From: a virus
Lineage: Duplodnaviria; Caudoviricetes
Length of the DNA stretch: 40,761 nucleotides
IMG/VR virus record: IMGVR_UViG_3300006872_000014
Coordinates: 1-40,761 of that record
Direction: 5' to 3' (one strand)
This document shows, in pieces, positions 7,972 through 16,121 of the stretch. The position numbers and the translations under genes were made by a program. Positions within the stretch are counted from its first letter, which is position 1. Each line of letters opens with the position of its first letter. Under the pieces are notes generated by a model. The model saw only the letters and a program-made list of their open reading frames with translations. It made no database searches and was not told the DNA's origin.

Positions 7972-8489
7972 TGACCGCGCCGCCGATCATATTCGAGTGG
8001 CAGGGCGACGCGATGACGCCGGCGACGCCGTTCATGGCGAGGCTATGCGACAAGCATTTCGTGATCGGGGAGAAATACCGTCTTATTGAGGATTACGCCC
8101 GCTCGCACAAATCCCATGCGCACTATTTCGCGGCGATCAACGACGCATGGAAGACCTTGCCGGAGACGATGGCGGAGGAATATCCTACATCGGAGCATCT
8201 TCGCAAGAAAGCGCTGATCCGCAAGGGTTACTGCGATGAACGCACGTTTGTCTGTTCATCGAAAGCCGAGGCGCAGCGCCTTGCGCCGTTTGTCGCTCCG
8301 ATGGATCATTACGCCATAGTGACGGTGAAGGAATCGACGGTGAGGGTCTACACCGCGCAAAGCCAATCGACCAGAGCGATGGGCGCGAAGGCGTTTCAGG
8401 AGTCGAAGCAGGCCGTGCTAGACTTCATCGATGCGCTTCTCGGCGTTCCGAACGGAACGATGAAGCGGGAAGCGGGGCAATCAGCATGA
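7968..8489 (+). CDS. Putative NinB/Orf-like recombination accessory protein
   Basis: RSHKSHAHYFAAI...SQSTRAMGAKAF; lies between the recombinase genes and the HNH gene. Confidence 0.55.
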   Translation: MMTAPPIIFEWQGDAMTPATPFMARLCDKHFVIGEKYRLIEDYARSHKSHAHYFAAINDAWKTLPETMAEEYPTSEHLRKKALIRKGYCDERTFVCSSKAEAQRLAPFVAPMDHYAIVTVKESTVRVYTAQSQSTRAMGAKAFQESKQAVLDFIDALLGVPNGTMKREAGQSA

Positions 8490-8893
8490 AACCAACCGTT
8501 TCCATAATCCCATCGCGCGAGGCGGTGACGCTTGACCCGCAGCGCTGCTTTTCGGAGAAGCAAAAGGCGGCGATATTCAAACGCGCGGGCGGGCGCTGCG
8601 AGGTCGGAGACTGCCGCAAGAAGATACGCGGCAAGTGGACTGCGGGGCACATTCTCGCATGGTCATTGGGCGGGCCGACGACGATTGAAAACGGCAGGGT
8701 CGAATGCCCAGACTGTTCCCCGATCACGCATGGCGAGGATACCGCAACGGCGGCGAAAGCGGAACGGCAAGGTCTGCGCAAAGGCCAACAAGCCCGCCGC
8801 AAGAACGGATCGAAACTGAAAAGCCGCAACGATTTAGGCGGCGAAGCCTACGCAGCCCGCAAGCAATGGGCGGAGAGAGTGAGAGAGAGATGA
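8486..8893 (+). CDS. HNH endonuclease-like protein
   Basis: RAGGRCEVGDC...GHILAWSLGGPTTIENGRVECPDC. Confidence 0.8.
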   Translation: MKPTVSIIPSREAVTLDPQRCFSEKQKAAIFKRAGGRCEVGDCRKKIRGKWTAGHILAWSLGGPTTIENGRVECPDCSPITHGEDTATAAKAERQGLRKGQQARRKNGSKLKSRNDLGGEAYAARKQWAERVRER

Positions 8894-9081
8894 GCAGCGA
8901 AATGGACACTTTGAATCGTCACTTGGTCGGAATGCAGGGCGGAAAAATTGTGATTATGAGCCCGCCGCTTGGCGGAATGACGAAGGAACAGGCGCTTGTT
9001 TTAGCCGCTTGGATTGTCGCAGTCGCTGATCCGCGTGGCGAAGATTTCCAGAAAGTGCTGGACGCCGTGATTTCGACTTAA
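8890..9081 (+). CDS. Hypothetical protein
   Basis: ATGA-coupled start at 8890. Confidence 0.6.
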   Translation: MSSEMDTLNRHLVGMQGGKIVIMSPPLGGMTKEQALVLAAWIVAVADPRGEDFQKVLDAVIST

Positions 9082-9097
9082 CCAAGGACCCCTCGCA

Positions 9098-9415
9098 ATG
9101 ACAGAGAGTGAAGCGACGAAGAGGCCGTGGCGCGCATGGCGGAATTCCTGCTTCTGGGAATTAGAAGGCCCAAATGGAGAGGGTATCGGCGATCTATGCG
9201 CCTCCGGCGCCGAGGATGACATAGATGGTACCAAAACAGAGGAGGCTAACGCGGCTCTTATCGTCACCGCCGTCAACTCCCACGACGAAGCGCGGGAGCT
9301 TCTGCGGGAGGCGCAGCAGGTGCTTACTCATGGGCAAACATCTGACAATCTGGAGGCGGCAGACGCTAAAGAGGCGGTTGTTGCCCGCATCGGCGCTTTT
9401 CTAGGGAGGAAGTGA
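9098..9415 (+). CDS. Hypothetical phage protein
   Basis: TKRPW...EANAALIVTAVNSHDE is a common phage early-gene motif; AAGGA RBS. Confidence 0.75.
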   Translation: MTESEATKRPWRAWRNSCFWELEGPNGEGIGDLCASGAEDDIDGTKTEEANAALIVTAVNSHDEARELLREAQQVLTHGQTSDNLEAADAKEAVVARIGAFLGRK

Positions 9416-9738
9416 TGGCGAAGCCGACAATTCATGAACTGGAAAAGCTGCTCGACGAGCCGGACGGTAAATACGAAGTCGTTCTTAACCCCGACGGCTC
9501 CGTGACTACGGCTGAGCGAAAGCCTCATGATTGCCGCTCCGATCCCGCCGTGCAGGAACTCGTGAGAGCGGCTCGTGGGGTTCATGTTGCATTAAGAGAA
9601 CGTGCTAAATGGTTGAGTGACGAGAGTAATCTTAATGGTGACGCAACTTCACGTGGGCGCGCATGTGAGGCTGGTTTTATCGTGCGCACAAAACTGAAGC
9701 CTCTTACTGACGCCCTCTCCAAATTCCCGCTCGAATAA
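9412..9738 (+). CDS. Hypothetical protein
   Basis: Coupled start, GGAGG RBS. Confidence 0.65.
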   Translation: MMAKPTIHELEKLLDEPDGKYEVVLNPDGSVTTAERKPHDCRSDPAVQELVRAARGVHVALRERAKWLSDESNLNGDATSRGRACEAGFIVRTKLKPLTDALSKFPLE

Positions 9739-9751
9739 AAGGAGAATCCGC

Positions 9752-9943
9752 ATGACTGACGCTCCGAAATCGTTTGTTTGTTCGAAGAACATGCCGTGGT
9801 CTCCCGAACTGTGGAAAGGTTCCGTTATACATCCGGACGCGAAGTGCGTGCGCGAGTATGATGATTACTATGATGGTTGCGACCTTGAAGATTACGAGTG
9901 TCCGCATTGCGGCACAAAATGGACGAAGGAAATAGCGCGATGA
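9752..9943 (+). CDS. Small Zn-ribbon-like protein
   Basis: YECPHCGTKW; AAGGAG RBS. Confidence 0.7.
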   Translation: MTDAPKSFVCSKNMPWSPELWKGSVIHPDAKCVREYDDYYDGCDLEDYECPHCGTKWTKEIAR

Positions 9944-10638
9944 CTGACGCTCCGATAACACGGGAGGGGCGGACACGCGCAATCCATGTCTCATTTGTGC
10001 AGCCAGTCACTCTGACGCAAGATCATATGCGCCTGCTCGATTCTATCATCGGCGAGATTTGCGACGATTACGAGCGCGCGCATCCGGGCCGCACATGCTG
10101 GCCGGCTGGCTTCGGAGATCGCATTGTCTCCATGCCGATGACGGCGCAGGATGACGCCGATGGAGTGCCAATCGTATTCGATGAAACAACGTATGCAATC
10201 GACTGCGCGGAACGCGAGGATTACGATTGGCCTTGTGCGAAATGCGAGCACAAGCAAGGCGATCACGGTCACTGCATCATCGACCCACCAGCCGGTGATT
10301 GCGCCTTTGAACCGAAGGCTGCTCCGCCCTCGCCTCCAAAGCCGCGCGGCCTCGTTCCGATGCACGTTTATCTTTCCGCCGTCAACGGACGCTCTGAAAT
10401 GCGGAAAGCGCTTAAAGAAACGCGCACCGCCCTCCAATCCGCAGAGGCGAAGATAGAGAGGCTGAGGACGGCGCTTAAGATCATCGCAAATGGTGAAGGC
10501 GGTCTTGCACCGATACGGGACGCCGCCGGCGGTGTTGTCGATGCGCTTCCAGAAAGACTATCGGCAAGAGAACTTAGCGCAATCGCTCGCACCGCATTGA
10601 AGACCGCAGACGCGCCCGGCGGGAAAGGGGAGGGGTAG
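9940..10638 (+). CDS. Mosaic hypothetical protein (Cys/His cluster plus coiled coil)
   Basis: CAKCEHKQGDH...C...CAF; C-terminal 'KIERLRTAL...IARTAL'. Confidence 0.7.
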   Translation: MTDAPITREGRTRAIHVSFVQPVTLTQDHMRLLDSIIGEICDDYERAHPGRTCWPAGFGDRIVSMPMTAQDDADGVPIVFDETTYAIDCAEREDYDWPCAKCEHKQGDHGHCIIDPPAGDCAFEPKAAPPSPPKPRGLVPMHVYLSAVNGRSEMRKALKETRTALQSAEAKIERLRTALKIIANGEGGLAPIRDAAGGVVDALPERLSARELSAIARTALKTADAPGGKGEG

Positions 10639-10639
10639 G

Positions 10640-10858
10640 ATGTCATACAAATCTGCAATTACGCCAGATGGGCCGGTCGTTCGCGAAATCACCGCAACTG
10701 GCGAGCGAGCATGGCGTCAAAACAGCCGAACCTCATTCGCTTATTGTGCAGACCACAAAGGCCCATGGGTATCCATAAATATCATCTATCTGCCTCGTGA
10801 TGTTCTTCACGCTTTCGCCGAGCTAAATCGCGCCCGCTCAACAGGAGGCCAGCCATGA
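10640..10858 (+). CDS. Hypothetical protein
   Basis: Tightly packed ORF with an RBS. Confidence 0.6.
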   Translation: MSYKSAITPDGPVVREITATGERAWRQNSRTSFAYCADHKGPWVSINIIYLPRDVLHAFAELNRARSTGGQP

Positions 10859-11034
10859 CTGAGAGAGCTTGCGAGCGGTGCGGCGACTCTGGTTACGTTT
10901 GGCGAGTGCCGACCGGCGTCAATCCGTTCAAGATGCGCATCGAGCAAATTGCGAAAGTCTCGCGTAAGGTTCGATGCGAGTGCGCCCAATTCAAGAAGCG
11001 GGAGGAGAGCGATGACGCGCGAGGAACTGATTGA
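10855..11034 (+). CDS. 59-aa Cys-rich protein
   Basis: Manual translation MTERACERCGDSGYVW...RCECAQF; AGGAGG RBS; ATGA overlap. Confidence 0.6.
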   Translation: MTERACERCGDSGYVWRVPTGVNPFKMRIEQIAKVSRKVRCECAQFKKREESDDARGTD

Positions 11035-11443
11035 GGCGCTGGAGAAGGCGAGAGCGCCGGATCGGAGATTGGACGCCGAGATTGCCGTCACTTTGCGTAT
11101 TCCACCACCAGACACGGATGTAACGCATTGGAGCATTACTGGATTTCCGCGATGGCGCGCAGGAAGCGACGGTCGAGTGATTTGCATTCATCTTAGCGGC
11201 GAGGACGGGCCACATTGGCGGTCAAAGGCTTATACCTCCTCAATCGACGCCGCTCTTACGCTTGTGCCGGAGGGGCTGAGCTATGAAATCCGTTGTTCGC
11301 CGTATGGCGAGACATCACAAGCGGTGATTTGGAACGGCCGGCGGTCGCCCAGCGAGTCGGAAGTCGCGCGCGTTGGCATTGATGGCGTGCGTCCCGCAAT
11401 CGCTCTTTGCATCGCCGCCCTACGCGCAAGGGAGGAAACATGA
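11012..11443 (+). CDS. Hypothetical phage protein (possibly ABA-sandwich-like)
   Basis: LIEALEKARAPDRRLDAEI...YTSSIDAALTLVPEG...PAIALCIAALRAR is a recurrent alphaproteobacterial phage motif set. Confidence 0.75.
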   Translation: MTREELIEALEKARAPDRRLDAEIAVTLRIPPPDTDVTHWSITGFPRWRAGSDGRVICIHLSGEDGPHWRSKAYTSSIDAALTLVPEGLSYEIRCSPYGETSQAVIWNGRRSPSESEVARVGIDGVRPAIALCIAALRAREET

Positions 11444-11988
11444 AAGACCCTGTGGAGATAATGGCGCGGGCGATTTGGCTTCACGAGCAAGAAGAAAAAT
11501 GGGGCAAATTATGGATGGAGCCAGACAACTGGCGGTCGGTTCAATATCAAGATCGTGAACCATATCGCAAAATCGCTCGCGCCGTCCTCTCCGCCCTTCG
11601 TGATGCAGGGGCGATCAGGGAGCCGAATGAAGAATCGGCGTGGCTGATTGAGAGCTTCCATGTCGGCCATGCTGTCTGGTGGAGTCGCGTCGATAACCCG
11701 GAGGACGGCGTCACCGGTTGGTCGGACGATAGTCAGGCGGCCATTCGGTTCGCGCGCGCTCAAGACGCTCAGGCGATTATAGACGCGATCGGTTGGACGA
11801 CAGCAAAGCCGTCCGAACATTTATGGGTCGATCCGTCGCACAAGTGGAAATTCTTTGAGCGCTACGGCTTCACGTCATGCGAAGTGTGCGGCATTGTTCA
11901 GCGAGCGGACGGACAGAACGGGCCGTGCAAAGGGCCTGTGAGAGTAGGCCCGCGCCAGCCCCTTCCCCAACCGCCGGAGGAGAGATGA
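11440..11988 (+). CDS. Mosaic hypothetical protein
   Basis: VEIMARAI...YRKIARAVL; WSDDSQAAIRFAR...EHLW; C-terminal CEVCGIVQRADG-NGPCKG. Confidence 0.7.
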   Translation: MKDPVEIMARAIWLHEQEEKWGKLWMEPDNWRSVQYQDREPYRKIARAVLSALRDAGAIREPNEESAWLIESFHVGHAVWWSRVDNPEDGVTGWSDDSQAAIRFARAQDAQAIIDAIGWTTAKPSEHLWVDPSHKWKFFERYGFTSCEVCGIVQRADGQNGPCKGPVRVGPRQPLPQPPEER

Positions 11989-12212
11989 GCCGCGAGGCTA
12001 ACATGATCGACATGTTCGAGCGCGTCGGTCGCAAAGTTGAAACTCTCGAAGTCGACCTCGCCCGCCTGAAAGACCTGCTGCGGAAGTGCGACGACGGAAT
12101 CGGTCTCATAGCAGACGTACACTATTCGGTCGTGAAAGGCTTCGTCCCACGACGTAAATATGTTGAACTCGCTGCTCTCCGCGACCGCATCAAGAAGGAG
12201 CTTGGAGAGTGA
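11985..12212 (+). CDS. Hypothetical protein
   Basis: GGAGG RBS, ATGA overlap. Confidence 0.6.
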   Translation: MSREANMIDMFERVGRKVETLEVDLARLKDLLRKCDDGIGLIADVHYSVVKGFVPRRKYVELAALRDRIKKELGE

Positions 12213-12514
12213 TCCGCAGACTGCTTTTCAAACTGACGCCGAAGCGCTTACGCTGCCGCCTGTTCGGGCATACCGGCAAGGTCTATGAATTGACCGGCCT
12301 TGATGAGGTTGCCGGAACCTACGAAGAAATCGACATGACTGAATGCGGACGGTGCGGCAAAAAATTCACGATCGTCCACCATGAAACCACTGAGGAGGCT
12401 GAATTCAACGCCGCCTTCGCAAAGGCTCATTCAGCCGGAACCGTGCGGCGGCAAATCGAAGGATGGTTCGAGAAGGACCGCCCCTCTCCCGTTCAGAAAT
12501 CAGAGGGAGGGTGA
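12209..12514 (+). CDS. DUF1660-like protein
   Basis: LRCRLFGH...ECGRCGK. Confidence 0.6.
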   Translation: MIRRLLFKLTPKRLRCRLFGHTGKVYELTGLDEVAGTYEEIDMTECGRCGKKFTIVHHETTEEAEFNAAFAKAHSAGTVRRQIEGWFEKDRPSPVQKSEGG

Positions 12515-12517
12515 AGG

Positions 12518-12700
12518 ATGTCGTCTGCGTTCGAATGTTTTTTCCGTCGAGTGCCGCCGGCAGAATTGCTTGCCGCGCGACTGTTCGGCAAACGTCGAGT
12601 TGCGCAGTGGGAAGACGCGACGGTCATTTTCTATGAGTGGCGCGGACGATCATATATAACTGAATGGAGGACGCCTACCTCACGTCCCTCGCCCACTTAG
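12518..12700 (+). CDS. Hypothetical protein
   Basis: GGAGG RBS; ARLFGKR...YEWRGRSYI. Confidence 0.55.
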   Translation: MSSAFECFFRRVPPAELLAARLFGKRRVAQWEDATVIFYEWRGRSYITEWRTPTSRPSPT

Positions 12701-12720
12701 AGAGAAGGAAAGGACAGAAA

Positions 12721-12897
12721 ATGAGATGCTTTAAATGTGGATGCGTTGTCCCTAGCAGCTCTAACGTCTGCGCGGAGTGCGTTCGCGCGCTTGAGTATGA
12801 AGAAGAGATGGAGCGCGAGGAACATGAGCGCCAAGAGCGAGAACGGTTAGAACGTGAGGAGATGGACGAACATTTCCGGCGCCACCCGCACGGCTAG
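12721..12897 (+). CDS. Small CxxC...CxxC acidic protein, last early gene
   Basis: MRCFKCGC...CAEC...EYEEEMEREE; AAGGA RBS. Confidence 0.55.
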   Translation: MRCFKCGCVVPSSSNVCAECVRALEYEEEMEREEHERQERERLEREEMDEHFRRHPHG

Positions 12898-12900
12898 TGA

Positions 12901-13161
12901 CTACCTAACATCCCTCGCCCATTTTGCCAGCAAGTAGTCGATGAACGCCTCATAGTCCTCGCCATCGTCCATAGGGCGGAGCGGGGCGGGTTTAGCGGGG
13001 GCCTTCGCTTTCAGGATCGCCAGTTCCGCCTGACAGAGCGCCAAGGGCGTATCCATTGGCGGCTTCGATCTTGATGCGCACCCGCTCGCGAGAAGCAAGG
13101 TCAGGAGCGCAACCGCCGACAGGGGCGCGATTGCGGCGGATGATCGTTTCGAGGGTCTCAT
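12901..13161 (-). CDS. o-spanin (Rz1-like lipoprotein)
   Basis: Signal peptide with lipobox LASGC and a Pro-rich mature part; overlaps the i-spanin in another frame. Confidence 0.75.
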   Translation of the reverse strand: MRPSKRSSAAIAPLSAVALLTLLLASGCASRSKPPMDTPLALCQAELAILKAKAPAKPAPLRPMDDGEDYEAFIDYLLAKWARDVR

Positions 13162-13384
13162 ATTCGGCCTTCCTCTGCGTTTCGGCCTCTCCGGCCTTCA
13201 GGATTGCGTCCACAGCGGCGGTGGCGTTGTCCCTGATCGCCTGAGCCGTTTCCTTGTCCTGCGCTTCCAGAGCCTTCGTAAGCGCCCTGGCGTTGCGGGC
13301 GTCCTCGTAAAAAATGCCGGCGAAGAACGCCAAAGCGATCGGTGCCGCGAATTTCGCCAGCCAGTTCCAGACTATTGCCAGCAC
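12992..13384 (-). CDS. i-spanin (Rz-like)
   Basis: N-terminal TM followed by a coiled coil and a Cys; overlapped by a lipoprotein gene. Confidence 0.75.
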   Translation of the reverse strand: MLAIVWNWLAKFAAPIALAFFAGIFYEDARNARALTKALEAQDKETAQAIRDNATAAVDAILKAGEAETQRKAEYETLETIIRRNRAPVGGCAPDLASRERVRIKIEAANGYALGALSGGTGDPESEGPR

Positions 13385-13410
13385 GGGGAAAGCCTCATAG
13401 GGTCAGACAA

Positions 13411-13614
13411 ATGCAGACGACAAAATCGCAATCGCCTCCCGAAAAATGGGTATCGGATGATCCTGGATTTTGGGGAACCACACGACAACTGACTGTTTGC
13501 GCAAAGTGTGGCCAATCTCCGGGCGGAAAAGACAAGCCTCGCCGCATCGCGAACATGTTCAAGTCTTCGATGCATTTTCTTTGCGACGCCTGTTACGATT
13601 CCTTGCCGGATTAA
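13411..13614 (+). CDS. Small zinc-finger protein antisense to the lysis cassette
   Basis: CAKC...CDACY; fills the otherwise empty 13385-13649 gap. Confidence 0.55.
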   Translation: MQTTKSQSPPEKWVSDDPGFWGTTRQLTVCAKCGQSPGGKDKPRRIANMFKSSMHFLCDACYDSLPD

Positions 13615-13649
13615 CGTCCGGCCCGCACTCGCCCTTCCCTTAAGCGGGG

Positions 13650-13844
13650 TCATGAGGGCTTCCGGCGAACATCGAATCCGACCGTCTCTGGAAGACGATA
13701 AAGCGGCTGTCCGTTCGCATCGTACAGGCCGGAAAACTTCGGCTCGCGAATGTCATCGACAAGGGGCTTTTCAGGTTCGTCCCCGAATCCGTCCCAAGCG
13801 TCATCGCCCCACCACAGCTTCGGCTTTGCTACATAGCGCGGCAT
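13650..13844 (-). CDS. Hypothetical protein
   Basis: SGLYDANGQPLYR...VGF motif; AGAGGAG RBS. Confidence 0.7.
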   Translation of the reverse strand: MPRYVAKPKLWWGDDAWDGFGDEPEKPLVDDIREPKFSGLYDANGQPLYRLPETVGFDVRRKPS

Positions 13845-13845
13845 A

Positions 13846-14052
13846 TCACGGCTCCTCTATCGGCCCTCTATAGACAAGATCGACGAAGGCGCGGGGCTCG
13901 CCTTCCATGAGCTTCCATTTCAGCTTGCCGCCGACCATGACGACCTTGGCGATCTCCGCTCCCTTGCCGGCGTTGATCCAATACCATCTATTCGGGAGGT
14001 AATCGATCGCGGCGCCAGAAACCGCTTGGCCGAGATCTTCCGCGAGCATCAT
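13846..14052 (-). CDS. Hypothetical protein
   Basis: WYWI...GPIEEP small-protein pattern; coupled start. Confidence 0.6.
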   Translation of the reverse strand: MMLAEDLGQAVSGAAIDYLPNRWYWINAGKGAEIAKVVMVGGKLKWKLMEGEPRAFVDLVYRGPIEEP

Positions 14053-14300
14053 CCCTGCCCGCCTCCCTTGAGCTTGGCGAGTTCGGCCTGTGCGTGAGCG
14101 AGGTCCTTCGTCAATTCGTTCTTTTCAGCGATCAGGACCGCGTTTTCAGCGATCAGCTTCGCCTTGTCGCCAAGCACGAGAAACCCGCTCTTGATGATGC
14201 GATAGAGGAAATACCCTGCGACCGTCGCGCCGAAGATGAACCCGGCGGCGAGTTCCTTCACTGTCTCAGGTTTGAGCCAGTCTTTTTGCCAGTCCTCCAT
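14049..14300 (-). CDS. Single-TM plus coiled-coil protein (holin/antiholin-like)
   Basis: ELAAGFIFGATVAGYFLY followed by a heptad-like tail; located in the lysis cassette. Confidence 0.6.
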   Translation of the reverse strand: MEDWQKDWLKPETVKELAAGFIFGATVAGYFLYRIIKSGFLVLGDKAKLIAENAVLIAEKNELTKDLAHAQAELAKLKGGGQG

Positions 14301-14816
14301 TCACGCCACCTCTGCCTTAGGAGGCGGAATGCGCGATCGGACAAGACCGCTCCAAGTCCAGCCCCGAAAACGAGCCATAAAAGCGTGATCCAGTCTCGCG
14401 CCCCATTCATGTCGGCCTGCCGCTGTTGCGATTAACACGGTGATGACCGACGCCGCGCGAAGGACGCCCAACGTCCAAAGGTAGAAAGCCTGATTAGTCT
14501 GGCCGGTCAGGAAATAGGCGAGATGGAGAACCAGCATCGCCGCGAAGAAGAGGACGCACAACGCAGCCCACGCCGCGCGCCTCCGCATCATGAGAACCCC
14601 GAAGATGATGATGACTCCGATGTCGATCGAAGCATAAGCCTCGACTGGAGAAATGTCATTGAACGAATTGCGGGCCGCCCATCCAGCCAGCCATTCGGCC
14701 AGAAGAACCTCCGCGCCGAGAGTGTGTTGGCGCCCGACCTTCGGCCTCGCGTCGATCAGCGTGTAAGCGAGGACGATCGCGGTCAGCCAGAAATGGCTAG
14801 CGGCCCAATTCATCAA
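14301..14816 (-). CDS. Multi-pass (about 5 TM) membrane protein of unknown function
   Basis: About five hydrophobic segments with polar residues in or next to them (IDA, AEW, SIDIG, LVLHLAY); ATGA-type coupling to the upstream small protein. Confidence 0.75.
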   Translation of the reverse strand: MMNWAASHFWLTAIVLAYTLIDARPKVGRQHTLGAEVLLAEWLAGWAARNSFNDISPVEAYASIDIGVIIIFGVLMMRRRAAWAALCVLFFAAMLVLHLAYFLTGQTNQAFYLWTLGVLRAASVITVLIATAAGRHEWGARLDHAFMARFRGWTWSGLVRSRIPPPKAEVA

Positions 14817-15070
14817 TCGTCGTCCTTCGGCCCGCCGCCCGAGTTCGGCGTGATGCCGACATCGCCGGATGCGACAAGCGCGGCGTCATGGAAGAGCTTC
14901 ATGCCGGCCTTGGCGACGGTTTGCCCTGAAACGAGTTTGTGAAAATGCGCCGTCGTCACCCCGCCTTCTGCGGATGCGGCATCGACAATCGCTTGCGCCG
15001 CCGCTTTATAGGCCGCTTCCGCCGCCAGCAGATCAGCCTGCAAGGCGTTCACCTGTTCCTGCGTAGCCAT
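14813..15070 (-). CDS. 85-aa helical protein with a C-terminal ITPNSGGGPKDDD tail
   Basis: AAGGAG RBS before ATG 15070; Ala-rich helices; polar Gly-rich tail. Confidence 0.75.
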   Translation of the reverse strand: MATQEQVNALQADLLAAEAAYKAAAQAIVDAASAEGGVTTAHFHKLVSGQTVAKAGMKLFHDAALVASGDVGITPNSGGGPKDDD

Positions 15071-15072
15071 GT

Positions 15073-15591
15073 TCACTCCTTCCCGTTTGAAACCATCCGG
15101 CCTGTGTCGGGCCAGTATTGAAGCGTCGTGCATTCCTTCGGATCAATCCGGCAATGCGTCTGCATGTTATAGAGGTTCCTCAAGTTGATCATCTCGCCCA
15201 TGCCTTCGAATTGCGTCTCGACTTCGATTTCCTTCGCCTTCGTTTCCCGAACGAAGCCTTCAAGTGAGGATTCCAGCGCGCCGATCCGCGCGCGGTTGTC
15301 GAGACTGTCCGCGCGCATTTCCGCCCGGATGGTCGAGCCCATGACAAGCTCCTGCTTCAAAGGTTCCACCGCAAGCGCAATCGATATTTGCACGGCCGAC
15401 CAGACGACGCCGCCGAAAACGACGAGTGCGGCCCCTGCCGAAAGCATCGCAGGCCATGAAAACTGCCTCGACCTCGTGAGCGCATCGACCGCACTCGTCA
15501 GCCCGTCCAGTTTCGATGCGACGAGGCGATATTCGCTACGCAGATCATTGATCTGGTCGTAAATATCCTTCTCTGTCGCGTCGCCGTTCAT
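15073..15591 (-). CDS. Single-TM coiled-coil protein (holin-like position)
   Basis: Coiled coil, then TM (WPAMLSAGAALVVFGGVVWSAV), then coiled coil with a CxxxxxxC. Confidence 0.65.
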   Translation of the reverse strand: MNGDATEKDIYDQINDLRSEYRLVASKLDGLTSAVDALTRSRQFSWPAMLSAGAALVVFGGVVWSAVQISIALAVEPLKQELVMGSTIRAEMRADSLDNRARIGALESSLEGFVRETKAKEIEVETQFEGMGEMINLRNLYNMQTHCRIDPKECTTLQYWPDTGRMVSNGKE

Positions 15592-15592
15592 G

Positions 15593-15709
15593 TCAGAACA
15601 ACAGTCCCCCGACGATCAGCCCGCCGACGAATGCGGCGGCAAGCTTCCAGTGCGTCAGCAGAAACCCGGCGACCGAGCCGAGCGCGTCTTGCAGTTTCAG
15701 CGGCATCAT
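15593..15709 (-). CDS. 38-aa membrane protein, possible holin
   Basis: Manual translation MMPLKLQDALGSVAGFLLTHWKLAAAFVGGLIVGGLLF; AGGAGG RBS; directly follows the endolysin. Confidence 0.6.
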   Translation of the reverse strand: MMPLKLQDALGSVAGFLLTHWKLAAAFVGGLIVGGLLF

Positions 15710-15719
15710 GGCCTCCTAG

Positions 15720-16121
15720 TCATTGTCCGTAGCCTTTCGGAAGTTGAAAGTGCGGGCCGTCCTTGAATGTTTTCCAGTCGCCGCCCCACTCTATCGGGAT
15801 TCCCAATTCCGCCGCAGCCTTTTTCATCGCCCGCGCAATGTCAGCATACAGCGAAAACGGCGTCCATTGAAGCGTTCCGTTGACGTAGGCCGCGACATCG
15901 AAAGCGTGAGCGTAGCCGTCATGCTGGAGAAGGTGTCGGGAATTCATGGTCTTAGACGCGCCGGACTTAACGAATTCCTTCTGCTGTTCGATCGTCCTGA
16001 CCCCGGCGGTTACGCCGAAATCCACTTCGGTCAGTTCAATCGCCCGCTTGGCGACTTTAACGAGGTCCGGGTGAACGCCGTTCAGTTTGTCGAGAGAGCG
16101 CTGAGAAAGGGAGAAGGCCAT
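15720..16121 (-). CDS. Endolysin, M15 family L-Ala-D-Glu peptidase
   Basis: LSQRSLDKLNGVHPDL, GVRTIEQQ, SRHL, HAFD and WGGDWKTFKDGPHFQL. Confidence 0.92.
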   Translation of the reverse strand: MAFSLSQRSLDKLNGVHPDLVKVAKRAIELTEVDFGVTAGVRTIEQQKEFVKSGASKTMNSRHLLQHDGYAHAFDVAAYVNGTLQWTPFSLYADIARAMKKAAAELGIPIEWGGDWKTFKDGPHFQLPKGYGQ

